Positions 62,301 through 64,000 of a DNA stretch of 64,000 bases are shown piece after piece. This DNA is from Thalia democratica. Taxonomy: Eukaryota. Each line of letters begins with the position of its first letter. The stretch's first letter is position 1. The translations under genes and the position numbers were made by a program. The notes beneath the pieces are model-generated. The model was given only the letters and a program-made list of their open reading frames with translations, ran no database searches and was not told where the DNA came from. The stretch is taken from NCBI GenBank assembly GCA_965202585.1, contig OZ241830.1, positions 54,002,001 through 54,066,000 on the forward strand. Reading direction: 5' to 3'.

Positions 62301-63849
62301 GAAATTCATATTTGGACAACCTAAAAACAGAAGGTAAAGTTTTTTGGAAATTTTAATTATGTTATATTTATAAGCTTTATGGTGTAATTACCTTCTAAGA
62401 AAACGTCAATAAAAAACTTAAACTTTAATTTTAGAAAATTAACTTTATTTGATACAAATTAAAATTATTTTTGTACTAATTTTAGGTTCTGCAAAAAAAA
62501 AGAAGTTAGTATAGTCTTAAAATAAAATAGTTTCTGCTAAAAAAACTATTTAATAATACTTAAAAAGATTTAAGCTAGCTTTAATAAAAAATTCAAAGCA
62601 GATTTAATCAAAAAGAAGGAAAACTTGGATACTAGAAAACTGAAGAAGTTAGAACAAAAAGAATTTAAAGGAAGCTGCTCAGATAGTGATGTGTGTTTGA
62701 AAAAGTTAGTTTATAAAGTTTTTACTTTGAAATGGCCAATTTTTGTAAAGTAAAAAAAGTGATTTTAGTTATATCTATCTTTATTTTTATAGTAAACCTG
62801 TAAATGACGAAAACACTCGGTTAAGGTGTAAGTCTTTGCCAACTGATGCAAGCAAAGTAAAGTACAAAGTAAACGACTTGAGCATCTCAAATTCGGATCG
62901 TTTAACGTTTAATTCTGACAAAAATTTAAACAAGCAGCTCTCTACTGAGTTCAGCAAATCAATTAGCAGAAAGCGCTCTTCATCAAAACTCGAGCAATTA
63001 AGCTCTGCTTTGGCTCCAAAACCAAACGAGCCCTTGTGCCAAACCATAACTAAAAAGAGAAAAGACACACAAAATAAAAAAGAGCTGGAATCAAATGATT
63101 TTATTGAAAGTGAAAATATTAAAAAAGAAGAACTTAAGTCGTATATTAATCTTTCAAGAGAATCTATAAAACAAGATGCAAATATCTCTAAAACAAGTGG
63201 TACAGACTTTAATAGGACAACAGTAAATTTTAATGCGTTTGGGAATGGATATAATCAGTTTAATGGTTCTCCTCTTTCATTGCCCGGTATGTTTTACAAT
63301 TTATTTAAAGTGTTTAAAATATTTAGATTATTAGTTATTGCCTCAACTTTAGCTTTATAAGTATAAGTAACAACCAACTTTATTTGCATTTCAGAATCTT
63401 TCAATCCGTTCAATTTTTTGATGCCCCAATCAAACATTCATCAAAGTCCGTTTCAACCTCCGCTGAATAACATACCAAACCTTTCATCTAAATTAAACCC
63501 AACTTTAAAAATGTGGCCGCTTAACTTGCAACAAAAAGGACCAGCGTCTAATTTTTATGGCAATCATATACCGATTATGGACCTTGCTTCGCAACCTCAA
63601 ATAAGAGCTGGTGATTTGACCTCAATGGTAAAACCTCACCAACGAGTTATCACATCTAATAGAGATTTTGTCAATCGACCACATAGTAACAATAGGGTAA
63701 AAAGCATTAACAAATGGTCGTACGGGTTTGGAAGTAATAACTTTTCGGGTGGACGAAAAAGTTCATCTTCGAGTGAAAAGTCTGGATCGTCGACCGGTGG
63801 AGTAACGAAAAAAAGAATAAGAAATGACACTTGTGAATACTGTGGCAAG
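50268..63849 (+). CDS. BCL11: BCL11/CTIP (chronophage-like) zinc-finger transcription factor, 3'-partial; exons 50268-50334, 57291-57412, 58826-59015, 61369-61519, 61711-62333, (62486-62504), 62579-62704, 62793-63286, 63395-63849, continuing beyond the window
   Basis: N-terminus MSRRKQEKPQHV (BCL11 MSRRKQGKPQH motif); CCHC finger EDFITCGSCQSKFALSEFATFVS/HKKEC split over two exons; RIRNDTCEYCGK at the end matches the BCL11 C-terminal finger cluster start; exon phases consistent (2247 nt, 749 codons). Confidence 0.9.
53915..54331. mobile_element. Mutator-like MITE in BCL11 intron 1, perfect 9-bp TSD atttaccag
   Basis: GG termini, subterminal gacaattcaaattc repeats, TSD at 53906-53914 and 54332-54340. 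Confidence 0.88.
56879..57107 (+). CDS. Candidate alternative first coding exon of BCL11 (MPRDKLGFRS..., 76 aa)
   Basis: 76 open codons from ATG to a consensus gtgagt donor in phase 1, matching the 57291 exon; upstream ttttccag acceptor at 56872. Confidence 0.55.
57291..57412 (+). CDS. BCL11: BCL11 exon, first half of CCHC finger
   Basis: ttttcag acceptor; DFITCGSCQSKFAL; gttggt donor. Confidence 0.9.
58826..59015 (+). CDS. BCL11: BCL11 exon, second half of CCHC finger (HKKEC...)
   Basis: cttag acceptor then cac aag aaa gag tgt; open frame to phase-1 gttagt donor. Confidence 0.85.
61369..61519 (+). CDS. BCL11: BCL11 exon
   Basis: ttttttag acceptor; phase 1 to 2 bridges neighbours; gtagtc donor. 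Confidence 0.75.
61711..62333 (+). CDS. BCL11: BCL11 exon (S/N/T-rich region)
   Basis: ttttcag acceptor, ORF 61727-62356, gtaaag donor. Confidence 0.85.
62486..62504 (+). CDS. Possible 19-nt BCL11 microexon (GSAKKKN)
   Basis: ctaattttag acceptor, gttagt donor, converts phase 1 to 2; not obligatory because a second acceptor at 62574 also restores frame. Confidence 0.45.
62579..62704 (+). CDS. BCL11: BCL11 exon (K/E-rich); start 62579 or 62575 depending on microexon use
   Basis: Open frame FNKKFKADLIKKKE..SCSDSDVCLK, phase-2 gttagt donor fits the 62793 acceptor. Confidence 0.65.
62793..63286 (+). CDS. BCL11: BCL11 exon
   Basis: tttatag acceptor, ORF 62836-63360, gtatgt donor. Confidence 0.85.
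63395..63849 (+). CDS. BCL11: BCL11 exon ending in NDTCEYCGK (start of C2H2 finger)
   Basis: atttcag acceptor, gttagc donor; pyrimidine tract at window end suggests the next acceptor lies just past 64000. Confidence 0.9.
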
Positions 63850-64000
63850 GTTAGCTTAAAGACTTGTTTACTTTTTAACTCTCTTTGTAATTTATTTAAA
63901 AGCCAGCTTTTGAAAACCCAATAATATTGAAAAAATAACAATCAATGAAATTAACAATTTTTAATTATCGCAAATGATTTTTTTATTGTTTATTCCTTTT

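Noticed and set aside
1-64000. tRNA, rRNA, CRISPR arrays, intact transposases; remaining 60-110 aa ORFs in the track
   Set aside because: No such signatures seen; the short ORFs are F/L/I/K/N-rich chance frames of AT-rich DNA or antisense to real exons

Overview
Very AT-rich animal (invertebrate-like) genomic DNA with spliceosomal introns; the species cannot be determined from sequence. Three protein-coding genes were reconstructed by hand with phase-consistent GT-AG splicing. (1) The 3' two-thirds of aminoacylase-1 (ACY1, + strand, 9 exons, 969-14061; 5' exons lie upstream of the window). (2) A complete radial spoke head 14 homolog (RSPH14/RTDR1, - strand, 6 coding exons, 22564-30345, 340 aa). 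(3) The 5' part of a BCL11/CTIP/chronophage-family zinc-finger gene (+ strand, 50268 to beyond 64000) with the MSRRKQ NuRD-binding N-terminus, the CCHC finger and the start of the DTCEYCGK finger. Introns and intergenic DNA carry many non-autonomous DNA transposons (Mutator-like with 9-bp TSDs, hAT-Charlie-like with 8-bp TSDs, Kolobok-like with TTAA TSDs, and a CAGGGTT-ended family with 6-bp TSDs), Penelope-like retroelement relics, and four degenerate hammerhead-ribozyme cores inside one stretch of ACY1 introns. A chain of GC/CpG-rich islands surrounds BCL11 and looks like its cis-regulatory landscape. Most notable: the hammerhead/Penelope nest, a candidate alternative BCL11 first exon that swaps out the NuRD motif, the apparent lack of BCL11 ZF1-3, and the 6-bp-TSD transposon family. 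No tRNA, rRNA or CRISPR array was seen. All identity and alignment statements are by eye and protein comparisons are from recalled family motifs; nothing was computed or searched.
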